From positions 15,879-79,878 of the forward strand of contig JBKCVN010000025.1 of the NCBI GenBank assembly GCA_046317875.1: a stretch of 64,000 bases of DNA, given 5' to 3'. This document shows, one piece after another, positions 55,707-64,000 of this stretch. Numbering within the stretch: the first letter of the stretch is position 1; each line of letters opens with the position of its first letter. The stretch is from Alphaproteobacteria bacterium. GTDB taxonomy: Bacteria; Pseudomonadota; Alphaproteobacteria; UBA7879; UBA5542. A program made the position numbers and the translations under genes. A model generated the notes under the pieces. It had not been told where the DNA came from. It made no database searches and saw only the letters and a list, made by a program, of their open reading frames with translations.

Positions 55707-56747
55707 TTAAGCCTGTATGCGACCTGGGTTTTTAATGAAATGATATTCCATAGTTTTTCTGACCATTTCACTGAACGTTACTTTAGGAGTCCATCCCAAA
55801 TAGGTTTGGGCATTTTTAATAGAGGGCACACGGTTTTGAACATCCTCGTATGAATCGCCAAAGTGATGCTGGGCTTCCACCACCTGAATTTCTGCTTTTT
55901 CTGCCAGAGCCTTGTAAGCGGGAAATTCTTTCATCACACTGATGACTTCTTGGGCTGCTTGGTGCATGGACAGATTATTGTAGGGGTTCCCCACATTGAA
56001 GATGCGGTTGCTGGCACCTCCATTTTTATTTTCAACCATACGAATCAAGGCATCTACGCCTTCTTCCACGTATGTAAAGCAACGGCGTTGTTGCCCTCCA
56101 TCCACTAACTTAATGGGGCGGCCGTACAGAATATTGCTGATGAATTGAATGATCGCCCGCGAACTGCCTTCTTTTTTAGAAAAGACATCATCCATTTTAG
56201 GCCCTAGCCAATTAAAGGGACGGAACAGGGTGTAATCTAGGTCTTCATGCACCCCATAGGCATAAATCACCCGGTCCAACATTTGCTTTGAACAGGAATA
56301 AATCCATCGCTGCTTATGAATAGGGCCCAGAACAAAATTTGTTTTTTCCTCATCAAATTCTTTATCGGTGGACATTCCATATACTTCCGAGGTGGAAGGG
56401 AAAATGATTCTTTTTTTATGTTTTACACAGAGTTTGACAATGTCCAGGTTGGCTTCAAAATCTAATCGAAACACCCGCAGAGGATCTTGAACATACAGGG
56501 TAGGATTGGCAATGGCCACTAAGGGGAAAACAACGTCGCATTTTTTAATGTGGTCTTCAACCCATTCCGCATTAGACAGCATATCCCCTTTAAAAAAATG
56601 AAAACGGGGGTTGGGCAAAGATTCTTCGAGTTTATTATCATCCATATCAAGACCATAAACTTCCCATGGGGTGCGCGATAGAATGTTATGGCTCAGGCAG
56701 TTTCCAATAAAACCATTGGCGCCTAGGATCAGAATTTTTAAAGTCAT
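55707..56747 (-). CDS. arnA: UDP-glucuronate oxidative decarboxylase (ArnA C-terminal-domain homolog only)
   Basis: KILILGANGFIGNCL...YGLD...FHFFKGD...KCDVVFPLVAIANP...PLRVFRLDFEANL...KRIIFPSTSEVYGM is close to colinear with the E. coli ArnA dehydrogenase domain. The protein starts at this domain, so there is no formyltransferase half. Confidence 0.85.
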   Translation of the reverse strand: MTLKILILGANGFIGNCLSHNILSRTPWEVYGLDMDDNKLEESLPNPRFHFFKGDMLSNAEWVEDHIKKCDVVFPLVAIANPTLYVQDPLRVFRLDFEANLDIVKLCVKHKKRIIFPSTSEVYGMSTDKEFDEEKTNFVLGPIHKQRWIYSCSKQMLDRVIYAYGVHEDLDYTLFRPFNWLGPKMDDVFSKKEGSSRAIIQFISNILYGRPIKLVDGGQQRRCFTYVEEGVDALIRMVENKNGGASNRIFNVGNPYNNLSMHQAAQEVISVMKEFPAYKALAEKAEIQVVEAQHHFGDSYEDVQNRVPSIKNAQTYLGWTPKVTFSEMVRKTMEYHFIKNPGRIQA

Positions 56748-57700
56748 TTTGTTAAGTCCTTTTCTAATGATTTATCTTGGATAATGGTGCGAATGCTGTA
56801 ACGACGACGACACAAAGCTTGGTAGATGCGTCCCACATATTCCCCAATAATACCGATGCCCATAATGGCCACGCTGATCAAGAAAATCACGATGGCAATC
56901 AGGGTAAACAGGCCTTCGGCTTCTGGACCATATAGAATACGTCGACCCAGCATATACAGAACCAACAAGAAACTGAGACCCGAAACAATCATCCCAAAAA
57001 AGGTAAAAAATTGGATGGGCACCATGGAGAAGTTTGTGGCCAAGTCGATGGCTACACGAATTAATTCATACAATCCATATTTGGAATCTCCTTGGGAACG
57101 CATATCGTGCCGGAGGCCCACTTCGCAGGGATTCTGTGCTAGCTTCCATCCTAGAACAGGAATAAAAGTAGATGACTCCGTGCCGCTGACGATTTGATCG
57201 ACGATGGACCGAGAATAGGCCCGGAACATACAACCCTGATCTTTCATTTTGGTGCCCGTGAGGATGAATCGCACTTTGTTGGCAAACCGCGAGCCCCAAT
57301 GGCGCCAGGCATGATCTTTTCGCTTTAGGCGATAACTGCCCACCATATCGTGACCTTCTTCAAACTTTTCCAGAAGCTTTGGGATTTCTTCGGGGGGATT
57401 TTGAAGGTCAGCATCTAAATTAATAATAACCTCTCCGCGTACTTGTTCGAAGGCCGCCATGATGGCCATGTGTTGCCCATAATTAGACCCAAAATCAATT
57501 ACACGGACATGCTTGGGGTATTTGTGCTGTAAATCTTTTAAGATTGAAATGGAATTATCTTTGCTGCCATCGTTGGTATAAATAACCTCGAAGGGTTTGC
57601 CAATTTTGTCTAGAACAGGCATTAATCTATCGGATAAGGTGTGCAGACTTTCTTGCTCGTTATAAACGGGGATGACCACTGATAAATAAACATTCTTCAT
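56744..57700 (-). CDS. arnC: Undecaprenyl-phosphate 4-deoxy-4-(formamido)-L-arabinose transferase-like GT2
   Basis: SVVIPVYNEQESL...NDGSKDNS...NYGQHMAIMAAF...INLDADLQNPPEEIPKLL, near-identical motif order to E. coli ArnC. Confidence 0.85.
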   Translation of the reverse strand: MKNVYLSVVIPVYNEQESLHTLSDRLMPVLDKIGKPFEVIYTNDGSKDNSISILKDLQHKYPKHVRVIDFGSNYGQHMAIMAAFEQVRGEVIINLDADLQNPPEEIPKLLEKFEEGHDMVGSYRLKRKDHAWRHWGSRFANKVRFILTGTKMKDQGCMFRAYSRSIVDQIVSGTESSTFIPVLGWKLAQNPCEVGLRHDMRSQGDSKYGLYELIRVAIDLATNFSMVPIQFFTFFGMIVSGLSFLLVLYMLGRRILYGPEAEGLFTLIAIVIFLISVAIMGIGIIGEYVGRIYQALCRRRYSIRTIIQDKSLEKDLTK

Positions 57701-57707
57701 AAATAAA

Positions 57708-58868
57708 TTAATCCTTTTTAAATATCTTCTTCAGGGCTTTTATGACGCGGGTATGCTCGTCATCAGTCATTTGGGGAAACAGGGGCAAGCTTAATACATG
57801 GTCTGCAATATATTCCGCGTGCGGGAAATCCCCCTCTTTAAATCCAAAGGTCTTTTTATAAAAAGAAAATAAATGGGGGGCTTGCCAGTGAAGACCAGCC
57901 CCAATGTTTTCTTCTTTTAATTTGTCTATGAGCTCATTTCTAGAAATGTTGGTTTTTTCTGCATTCAATGTGGGAGCAAAAAGATCCCAGGCATGTCGAT
58001 GGTCATAAGTGGGGGCTTCGGGCAAAATGAATTCTTCCCACCCTTCTAAGGCTTCACGATATTTTTCTACCAGCCGTGTGCGACGGTCTGTGAAATCATC
58101 CAACAGGGGCAATTGATGAACGCCCAGGGCTGCCTGAAGGTCCATCATATTATATTTAAATCCCGGTGCAATCACATCGTACAGCTGGCTTCCTTCTTTA
58201 GAAAATCGATTCCAAGATTCACGGTCAATACCATGGAATTTAAGAACATTAATATGTTTGATCAGATCTTTATCCTGAGATGAAACACATCCCCCTTCAC
58301 CTGTAGTAATGTTCTTATTTGGATGAAAGCTGAAAACCTGGGTATCCCCGAAACTGCCAATCCGTTGACCTTTGTATTGGGTTCCAATGGCATGGGCCGC
58401 ATCTTCCACTACACGGAGACCATATTTTTTGGCCAGTTCATAAAGGGGATCTAGATCCACCGGGGCGCCAGCAAAATGAACGGGCATAATGGCCTTGGTG
58501 CGCGGCGTAATCGCGGCTTCAATTTGGGAAACATCCATATTGTAGGTGTTTCTTTCCACGTCCACCAACACGGGAGTGCCCCCTGCTAAGACAATGGTAT
58601 TTAATGTGGCAATAAAGGTGAAAGAGGTGGTAATAACCTCATCCCCCGGTTGCAAATTTAAGTGTAACAACGCCAGGTGTAATCCTGCTGTTCCAGAAGA
58701 TAGGACGCAAATGTTTGGGCAGCTTAGATAGTCTTGTAGAAGAGCCTCGAATTTTTTTACTTTTGGTCCGGTGGTTAACCAGCCTGATCGTAGAGAATCC
58801 ACCACATCATTAATCGTTTCTTCAGTAAGGCAGGGTTTTGAAAAAGGTAAAAAAGCGTCTTTAGTCAT
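57708..58868 (-). CDS. arnB: UDP-4-amino-4-deoxy-L-arabinose--oxoglutarate aminotransferase (DegT/ArnB family)
   Basis: FLPFSKP...SGWLTTGPKVKKFE...GDEVITTSFTF...ITPRTKAIMPVHFAGAP...VEDAAHA...FSFHPNKNITTGEGG (PLP Lys). Confidence 0.85.
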   Translation of the reverse strand: MTKDAFLPFSKPCLTEETINDVVDSLRSGWLTTGPKVKKFEALLQDYLSCPNICVLSSGTAGLHLALLHLNLQPGDEVITTSFTFIATLNTIVLAGGTPVLVDVERNTYNMDVSQIEAAITPRTKAIMPVHFAGAPVDLDPLYELAKKYGLRVVEDAAHAIGTQYKGQRIGSFGDTQVFSFHPNKNITTGEGGCVSSQDKDLIKHINVLKFHGIDRESWNRFSKEGSQLYDVIAPGFKYNMMDLQAALGVHQLPLLDDFTDRRTRLVEKYREALEGWEEFILPEAPTYDHRHAWDLFAPTLNAEKTNISRNELIDKLKEENIGAGLHWQAPHLFSFYKKTFGFKEGDFPHAEYIADHVLSLPLFPQMTDDEHTRVIKALKKIFKKD

Positions 58869-60519
58869 GTGATTTCTTTACGGCTGAATTACAAACAACC
58901 ACATAATCATCTTGTTTATAAAGGGGTTGTGCGTTGGGTACCAAATAGGGAATTCGGTTTGAGGTAGTAATAACGCAATGGGGATTCGCAGAGCCCCAGG
59001 CATTTTTGAACTGGGTATCATCTATGAAAATATCATTGCTGGGATTAAATGATTTTCCTGCATCTAGTTCGCCACTCCAATTTAAAACTTTGACCGTTTC
59101 CCCCAAATAAAAAGGGAGGTCTTGGGGATAGACACCATAAACAATAACTGTAGGCTTAGGCGATAGGGTTTGACGAATGAAAGTAGTGAAAGGTTTCATG
59201 GATGCTTTTTGGATATACACACTTGCGCTGTTAAGGATGAAAAGAAAAGCGATGTGAAAAGCCAGCAACGATATGATCTGCCATTGAGTTTTCTTAAGGA
59301 CCCCTAGAATCAAAAGAGAGGCACCTCCTCCGAAGAGAGCTATTTGTACATACAAGAAATAGGGCGATAGCAATTCATAAAGATGGGGATCGCAGTATTT
59401 TTGAGCCACCATCGGAATGGAAAAAGCGAGAGTGAATGTAATGATACCATAGATAATAGATTCTATTTTCAATGAATAGTTGTTTTCAGCCACATACGCT
59501 AAAAACCTGCCCACCATAATAGAAAGGGGGGGGAAAATGGGCAAGATATAAGGAATCAGTTTAGATGACGAGAAGGAAAAGAATAAAAATATGGTACTGA
59601 TCCAGATAATCAAGAAAGCCTCTAGGTCGTAGACTTTCCAATCTTTAAATTTGAAAGGAATAAAGTTTTTGACCGCACGGGGTAAGAATACAACCCAGGG
59701 AAAGAAACCAAGGAGGGTCACAGGAATAAAAAACCATACGGGCTGTAGGCGTCGGTGAATAGTGGTAAAATACCGTTCAAAGTGTTCCCGAATGAAATAA
59801 AAATCGAAAAATTCTGGATTTCGGGCAGAGACAAGAATATGCCAGGGGAACGCAATAAGGCCAAAAATTAATAGATTTGTGGGTAAATAAAGGGGTCGCA
59901 GTTCCTTCCATTTATTAAGACCAATTACCCAAATTCCAATGATCGCCACCGGTAAAATTAATCCAATCAAGCCTTTTGTAAGCACAGCACAGGCAAAAGC
60001 CGCACTGGCTAACATAAATCGGCCACGACGGGCCATACCTGTTAATTTAATCCCTTGAATAAATGACAGTAGCCCAATGCTTATAAAAACCGTTAGAACC
60101 AAGTCTAGAATAATAAGGCGGGCTAAAGAAAAATATAAAAGAGAAGTGCCTAAAACAAGTGTACTGAAACAAGCGGCGCGGTGGCTGTAAATACGTTTTG
60201 TGTATTGATATACGGCCAAGCATCCCAATAAACCAAATAAAGCAATGGGTAGACGTAGCCAAAACTCGCTGGATAAGCCCATCTTCAGGGGAAGGGCCTC
60301 TAGCCAATAAACAAACGGAGGCTTTTCGAAGTATTTAAGGCCATTAAGATGGGGCGTGATGTATTCTCCTGTTTCAACCATTTCGCGGGGGATTTCCGCA
60401 TATCTTCCTTCATCGGGGGAGGCTAAGGGCCGACTGCCCAAACCCACTAAAAATAGAACACCTAAAAAAACAGATAAAAATAAATAATCTAACCATTTAT
60501 TGGATGTTTTGCTGAACAC
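58861..60519 (-). CDS. arnT: 4-amino-4-deoxy-L-arabinose (lipid A) transferase
   Basis: PDEGRYAEIPREMVETGEYITPHLNGLKYFEKPPFVYWL; polytopic; 552 aa. First gene of the operon; 8-nt overlap with arnB. Confidence 0.8.
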   Translation of the reverse strand: MFSKTSNKWLDYLFLSVFLGVLFLVGLGSRPLASPDEGRYAEIPREMVETGEYITPHLNGLKYFEKPPFVYWLEALPLKMGLSSEFWLRLPIALFGLLGCLAVYQYTKRIYSHRAACFSTLVLGTSLLYFSLARLIILDLVLTVFISIGLLSFIQGIKLTGMARRGRFMLASAAFACAVLTKGLIGLILPVAIIGIWVIGLNKWKELRPLYLPTNLLIFGLIAFPWHILVSARNPEFFDFYFIREHFERYFTTIHRRLQPVWFFIPVTLLGFFPWVVFLPRAVKNFIPFKFKDWKVYDLEAFLIIWISTIFLFFSFSSSKLIPYILPIFPPLSIMVGRFLAYVAENNYSLKIESIIYGIITFTLAFSIPMVAQKYCDPHLYELLSPYFLYVQIALFGGGASLLILGVLKKTQWQIISLLAFHIAFLFILNSASVYIQKASMKPFTTFIRQTLSPKPTVIVYGVYPQDLPFYLGETVKVLNWSGELDAGKSFNPSNDIFIDDTQFKNAWGSANPHCVITTSNRIPYLVPNAQPLYKQDDYVVVCNSAVKKSHD

Positions 60520-60522
60520 GGT

Positions 60523-62010
60523 TTAGTCCTTGGGCTTCATAGTGGGGAAAGCAATAACGTCACGAATGCTAGAGGCATTTGTTAAGATCATTACTAGGCG
60601 GTCTATACCAATCCCAAGGCCTCCGGTGGGTGGCAACCCATGTTCCAATGCGGTGACAAAGTCAGCATCCATCAAATGGGCCTCGTCATCCCCCCCCTCG
60701 CGTTCGGCCACCTGATCCTCAAAACGTTTCCGTTGATCGATGGGGTCTGTCAGCTCGGAGAATGCATTCGCAACTTCCCACGTATTGATATAACTTTCAA
60801 ATCGTTCGGTTAGACGAGCGTCACCTCGATGAACTTTAGCCAGTGGGGAAATATCCAACGGGTGCTCGGTCACATGGATGGGCTGAATCAGGGACGATTC
60901 CACTTTTTCTGCAAAAACAGCTTCCACCACTTTGCCCCAAGAATCTTTTCCTTTCAGGGGAACACCACCAATTTTTTTGGCAGCTTCCCGGGCATCTTCT
61001 GTGGAGTGAATTTGGGCAAAATCTACGCCTGTTTCTTCTTTAACAAGGTCTACCATGGATTTCCGGGGCCATGGGGAAGATAAATCAATTTCAATACCAT
61101 TATACAGGACGGTTGTTGTACCCAAAACCGTTTGCGCTAGATACTGAATGAGGCTTTCAGTGAGTGTCATCATATCATGATAGTCAGCAAACAGTTGGTA
61201 TAGCTCAACCGACGTAAACTCGGGGTTATGGCGGGGTGAAATGCCCTCATTTCTAAAACAACGATTCATTTCAAATATTTTATCGGAAAGACCGCCCACC
61301 ATCAATCGTTTCAGATGAAGTTCGGGTGCAATCCTTAAATACATGGGCAGATCAAGGGCATTATGGTGGGTTAGAAAAGGCTTTGCAGCTGCACCCCCTG
61401 GAATAATATGAAGCATGGGTGTTTCGACCTCAAGAAAGCCTTGGTTCGATAAGTAGGTTCGGATCGAAGAAATAATTTGGCTGCGTTTTCTAAGCCGGTC
61501 GCGACTTTCTTCATTCACAATTAGGTCAATATAACGTTGACGATACCGTGTTTCAATGTCCGTAAGACCGTGATATTTCTCGGGCAAGGGCAGCAAGGAT
61601 TTCGATAAAATTTCTAGGGATTCAACATTAACGGTTAGTTCGCCCCTTTTGGTGCGGCGGATCAATCCCGTAACACCAATCCAGTCCCCCAAGTCAAGCA
61701 ATGATAAAAGATCATTTATCTCTGGGGACAGTTCTTTTAAGGGTGAAAAAGCCTGAATGGAGCCTGTCTCGTCGTGCAGGTCTATAAACATGCCACTGTT
61801 GCGGATAGAACGAATCCGCCCTGCCACTGAAACACGGTCTTCCGTAAGTGTTTCGGAGGCTAAGTCCTGATATTTTTCTTGAAGCTGGTTGGCGGTGTGT
61901 GTACGCTTAAAATTATAGGGATAGGGATTGATACCTTTACTTTTTAACGCATTTAATTTTTCAATACGAATATTTCTTAATTCTTTTTCAGCGCTATGAG
62001 AATCGTTCAT
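60523..62010 (-). CDS. lysS: Lysine--tRNA ligase (class II)
   Basis: OB-fold N-domain; class II motifs ...FLEVETPML..., ...FRNEGIS..HNPEFT..., ...GGLGIGIDRLVMIL. Confidence 0.95.
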   Translation of the reverse strand: MNDSHSAEKELRNIRIEKLNALKSKGINPYPYNFKRTHTANQLQEKYQDLASETLTEDRVSVAGRIRSIRNSGMFIDLHDETGSIQAFSPLKELSPEINDLLSLLDLGDWIGVTGLIRRTKRGELTVNVESLEILSKSLLPLPEKYHGLTDIETRYRQRYIDLIVNEESRDRLRKRSQIISSIRTYLSNQGFLEVETPMLHIIPGGAAAKPFLTHHNALDLPMYLRIAPELHLKRLMVGGLSDKIFEMNRCFRNEGISPRHNPEFTSVELYQLFADYHDMMTLTESLIQYLAQTVLGTTTVLYNGIEIDLSSPWPRKSMVDLVKEETGVDFAQIHSTEDAREAAKKIGGVPLKGKDSWGKVVEAVFAEKVESSLIQPIHVTEHPLDISPLAKVHRGDARLTERFESYINTWEVANAFSELTDPIDQRKRFEDQVAEREGGDDEAHLMDADFVTALEHGLPPTGGLGIGIDRLVMILTNASSIRDVIAFPTMKPKD

Positions 62011-62027
62011 TTTTTCTTATTTAGTCC

Positions 62028-62333
62028 TTATTTCTTTAAAAGTTCTTGTAATTCACCTGATGCAAACATTTCTTTTACAATATCGCATCCCCCCACAAAT
62101 TCGCCATTTATATATAATTGGGGGATGGTGGGCCAATTGGTAAAATCTTTGATTCCTTGACGAAGCTCGGGATCCGCCAAAACATTCACATCTTTAAAGG
62201 GAACCTGTAGTTTTTGTAAAATTTGGGCAACGGTGCTGGAAAACCCACATAAAGGAAATGTGGATGTTCCCTTCATAAAAAGAACAATGTGATTTTCATC
62301 AATTAAAGTTTTTATTTGATCGTGTATATTCAT
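62028..62333 (-). CDS. grxD: Monothiol glutaredoxin (Grx4 family)
   Basis: VLFMKGT...PLCGFS active site, [19 protein letters not shown]. Confidence 0.9.
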   Translation of the reverse strand: MNIHDQIKTLIDENHIVLFMKGTSTFPLCGFSSTVAQILQKLQVPFKDVNVLADPELRQGIKDFTNWPTIPQLYINGEFVGGCDIVKEMFASGELQELLKK

Positions 62334-62345
62334 TGAATTTAATCT

Positions 62346-62576
62346 TTATTTTCCTATTGTTTTAAGCGTAAGGGCATGTATGGCATCCCCCACATATCCT
62401 TTCAAGGAGTTATACACCATTTGATGTTGGTGTACACGGCTTTTTCCATTGAAGGAAGCGCATGTAATTGTAAGGGCGTAATAGTCACCGTTTCCTTTTA
62501 AGTCTTCCAATGTAATCTGTGCATCGGGAAAGGATTCTTTTAATGAATTCAAAATTTTATTACGATCAAGGGGCAT
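62346..62576 (-). CDS. BolA/IbaG family protein
   Basis: 76 aa, ...SRVHQHQMVYNSL...IHALTLKT. Paired with grxD, as is common. Confidence 0.8.
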   Translation of the reverse strand: MPLDRNKILNSLKESFPDAQITLEDLKGNGDYYALTITCASFNGKSRVHQHQMVYNSLKGYVGDAIHALTLKTIGK

Positions 62577-62577
62577 A

Positions 62578-64000
62578 CTAGACTCTCTTTTCAGAAATCA
62601 CAGAGTGAAGATTAAGGGTATCTGCTTTAATTTGTAAAGAAGCTCCTTTGTAATCGTCCCCAATAGGTTCGAATCTTCCCCCTAAAAATTGGGCCAAGAA
62701 TTTTTCAACCGTGGCATAAAAAGAAATGCGATTCTCAGGTTTTACAAAACCGTGCCCTTCATCGGGATAAAGAACATAAGTCACGGGGATATTTTTTTGT
62801 TTCATGGCCTCCACGATCTGATCGGATTCCGCTTGCTTCACCCTAGGATCATTAGCCCCATGTCCAATGAGTAAGGGTTTTTTTATGCGATCGACATACG
62901 TGATCGGCGATCTTTCCTTGAGCAATTTTTGACCTTCTTCTGTGCGGGGGTCGCCATATTTTTTAATGATGGTGGCTAAGTAAGGTTTCCAATAGGGAGG
63001 GATGCTGTTTAAAAGAGTCAACAGATTAGACGGCCCCACCAAATCTATGCCACATGCAAAAACATCAGGGGTCATGGTTAATCCTACGAGGGTGGCATAG
63101 CCACCATAGCTTCCCCCTTGAATAGCAATCTTGGCTGGATCTGAAATCTTCTTTTGAATTAACCAATTCACGGCATCAATTAAATCGTCATGCATCTTAT
63201 GTCCCGATTGTTTGTCGCCTGCACTGATGAATTTTTTTCCAAACCCATCAGATCCTCTGTAATTCACACTCAATACCGCATATCCTCGGTTTGAAAGCCA
63301 TTGATGCTGGGCATCGTATCCCCATGTGTCTCGGGATTGGGGTCCCCCATGTACCAATAAAACAGTGGGGAGATGGTGGGCGGTTTCTAATGTAAGGCCC
63401 TGGGGCAGGGTGAGGTAACTGACTAAGGTCAACCCATCCCTGGATTCTATTTCTAAAGGAATCATGGGGGATAGGGAAAGGTTCTCTAGTTGGGGGCGTT
63501 GAGAAAAAAGATATTCAGTTTTTTTAGTGGCACGGTCATACAGATAATAATACACAGGGCCTGTATCACTGTAGTAGGCCACAATCCACTGATTGAAATC
63601 GAGGGTTGAGCTGGTGAGTAGGGGAATGGAGCCCGGTCGGATGCTTTCTAAATGTTTGAAATCTGCCTCGTACGCCTGATCCAAAAATTTCTTTTGGGGT
63701 TTTAGGTATGTTTCTCCTACCCACAAAGGCACGTTTTCCGTGGGATGAAATACGGCACTTGAGAAATCAGTTTTTTGGGGGTGGGCCAAATAAGTTGTTT
63801 TTTTAGAATCAAGATCGGTAAGGGTGAGGGCAGCGAGGTCTTGACCTGTGCTGTCCAACCAATAAAGCTGGTCGCCATTTTTTGAAAAATTTAGGGGCCC
63901 AGAATTAGCCTGATCTTCGGCATTGAAGGATCGAAATTTTTCCCATTTTGTCTCTTTGCGCACGAACCAATCTATCTCCCCAGAGTCGGTTGTTTTACAG
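62578..64000 (-). CDS. S9-family serine peptidase (prolyl oligopeptidase/dipeptidyl aminopeptidase-like), 5' end outside window
   Basis: Beta-propeller-like N-part. Catalytic GGSYGGY, and downstream D and H (GANDPRV, PDEGHGF). The frame stays open to nt 64000. Confidence 0.8.
   Translation of the reverse strand, partial: CKTTDSGEIDWFVRKETKWEKFRSFNAEDQANSGPLNFSKNGDQLYWLDSTGQDLAALTLTDLDSKKTTYLAHPQKTDFSSAVFHPTENVPLWVGETYLKPQKKFLDQAYEADFKHLESIRPGSIPLLTSSTLDFNQWIVAYYSDTGPVYYYLYDRATKKTEYLFSQRPQLENLSLSPMIPLEIESRDGLTLVSYLTLPQGLTLETAHHLPTVLLVHGGPQSRDTWGYDAQHQWLSNRGYAVLSVNYRGSDGFGKKFISAGDKQSGHKMHDDLIDAVNWLIQKKISDPAKIAIQGGSYGGYATLVGLTMTPDVFACGIDLVGPSNLLTLLNSIPPYWKPYLATIIKKYGDPRTEEGQKLLKERSPITYVDRIKKPLLIGHGANDPRVKQAESDQIVEAMKQKNIPVTYVLYPDEGHGFVKPENRISFYATVEKFLAQFLGGRFEPIGDDYKGASLQIKADTLNLHSVISEKRV

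Overview
Gene-dense chromosomal segment of an AT-leaning alphaproteobacterium. It has hallmarks of an obligate intracellular (Rickettsiales/Holosporales-like) lifestyle. These are an ATP/ADP translocase (Tlc/NTT), a 23S-5S rRNA operon with no 16S or spacer tRNAs upstream, gene remnants, and a frameshifted IS30-family element. Alphaproteobacterial signature genes are also present: PopZ-like DUF2497 next to TolC, a TrcR/DUF1013 regulator, and a HemY-like gene paired with a Mic60-like gene.

Most of the window is housekeeping:
- Translation: pheST, lepA, valS, lysS, tilS, tadA, truA, rpmE.
- Envelope and division: ftsH, glmM, murJ, cpoB, a SPOR protein, ampG.
- Redox and Fe-S: erpA, grxD, bolA.
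- DNA repair: xthA, ogt.

Five stretches are not ordinary:
1. A tandem array of four divergent paralogs (8.6-14.0 kb). They encode signal-peptide proteins built from a ~17-18-residue helix/Gly-turn repeat, and I cannot assign them to any known family. This is my best candidate for something undescribed.
2. An orphan, minimal type II secretion/type IV pilus-like module (23.4-27.8 kb: prepilin peptidase, GspE/PilB, GspF/PilC, GspL/PilMN-like, GspM/PilO-like). It has no pilin or secretin, and the ATPase frame is broken inside Walker A.
3. A 5'-truncated ORF at the window start with eukaryote-like RSPSP repeats plus a coiled coil.
4. An arn (L-Ara4N lipid A modification) operon that lacks the formyltransferase and deformylase functions, carries a DMT transporter, and has a second ArnT-like gene nearby.
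5. Unusual domain additions: an acidic disordered ~220-aa insert in TolC and a histone-H1-like Lys-rich tail on TrcR.

No CRISPR array, tRNA or prophage was seen. All calls come from reading the sequence and ORF translations by eye; no searches were run.
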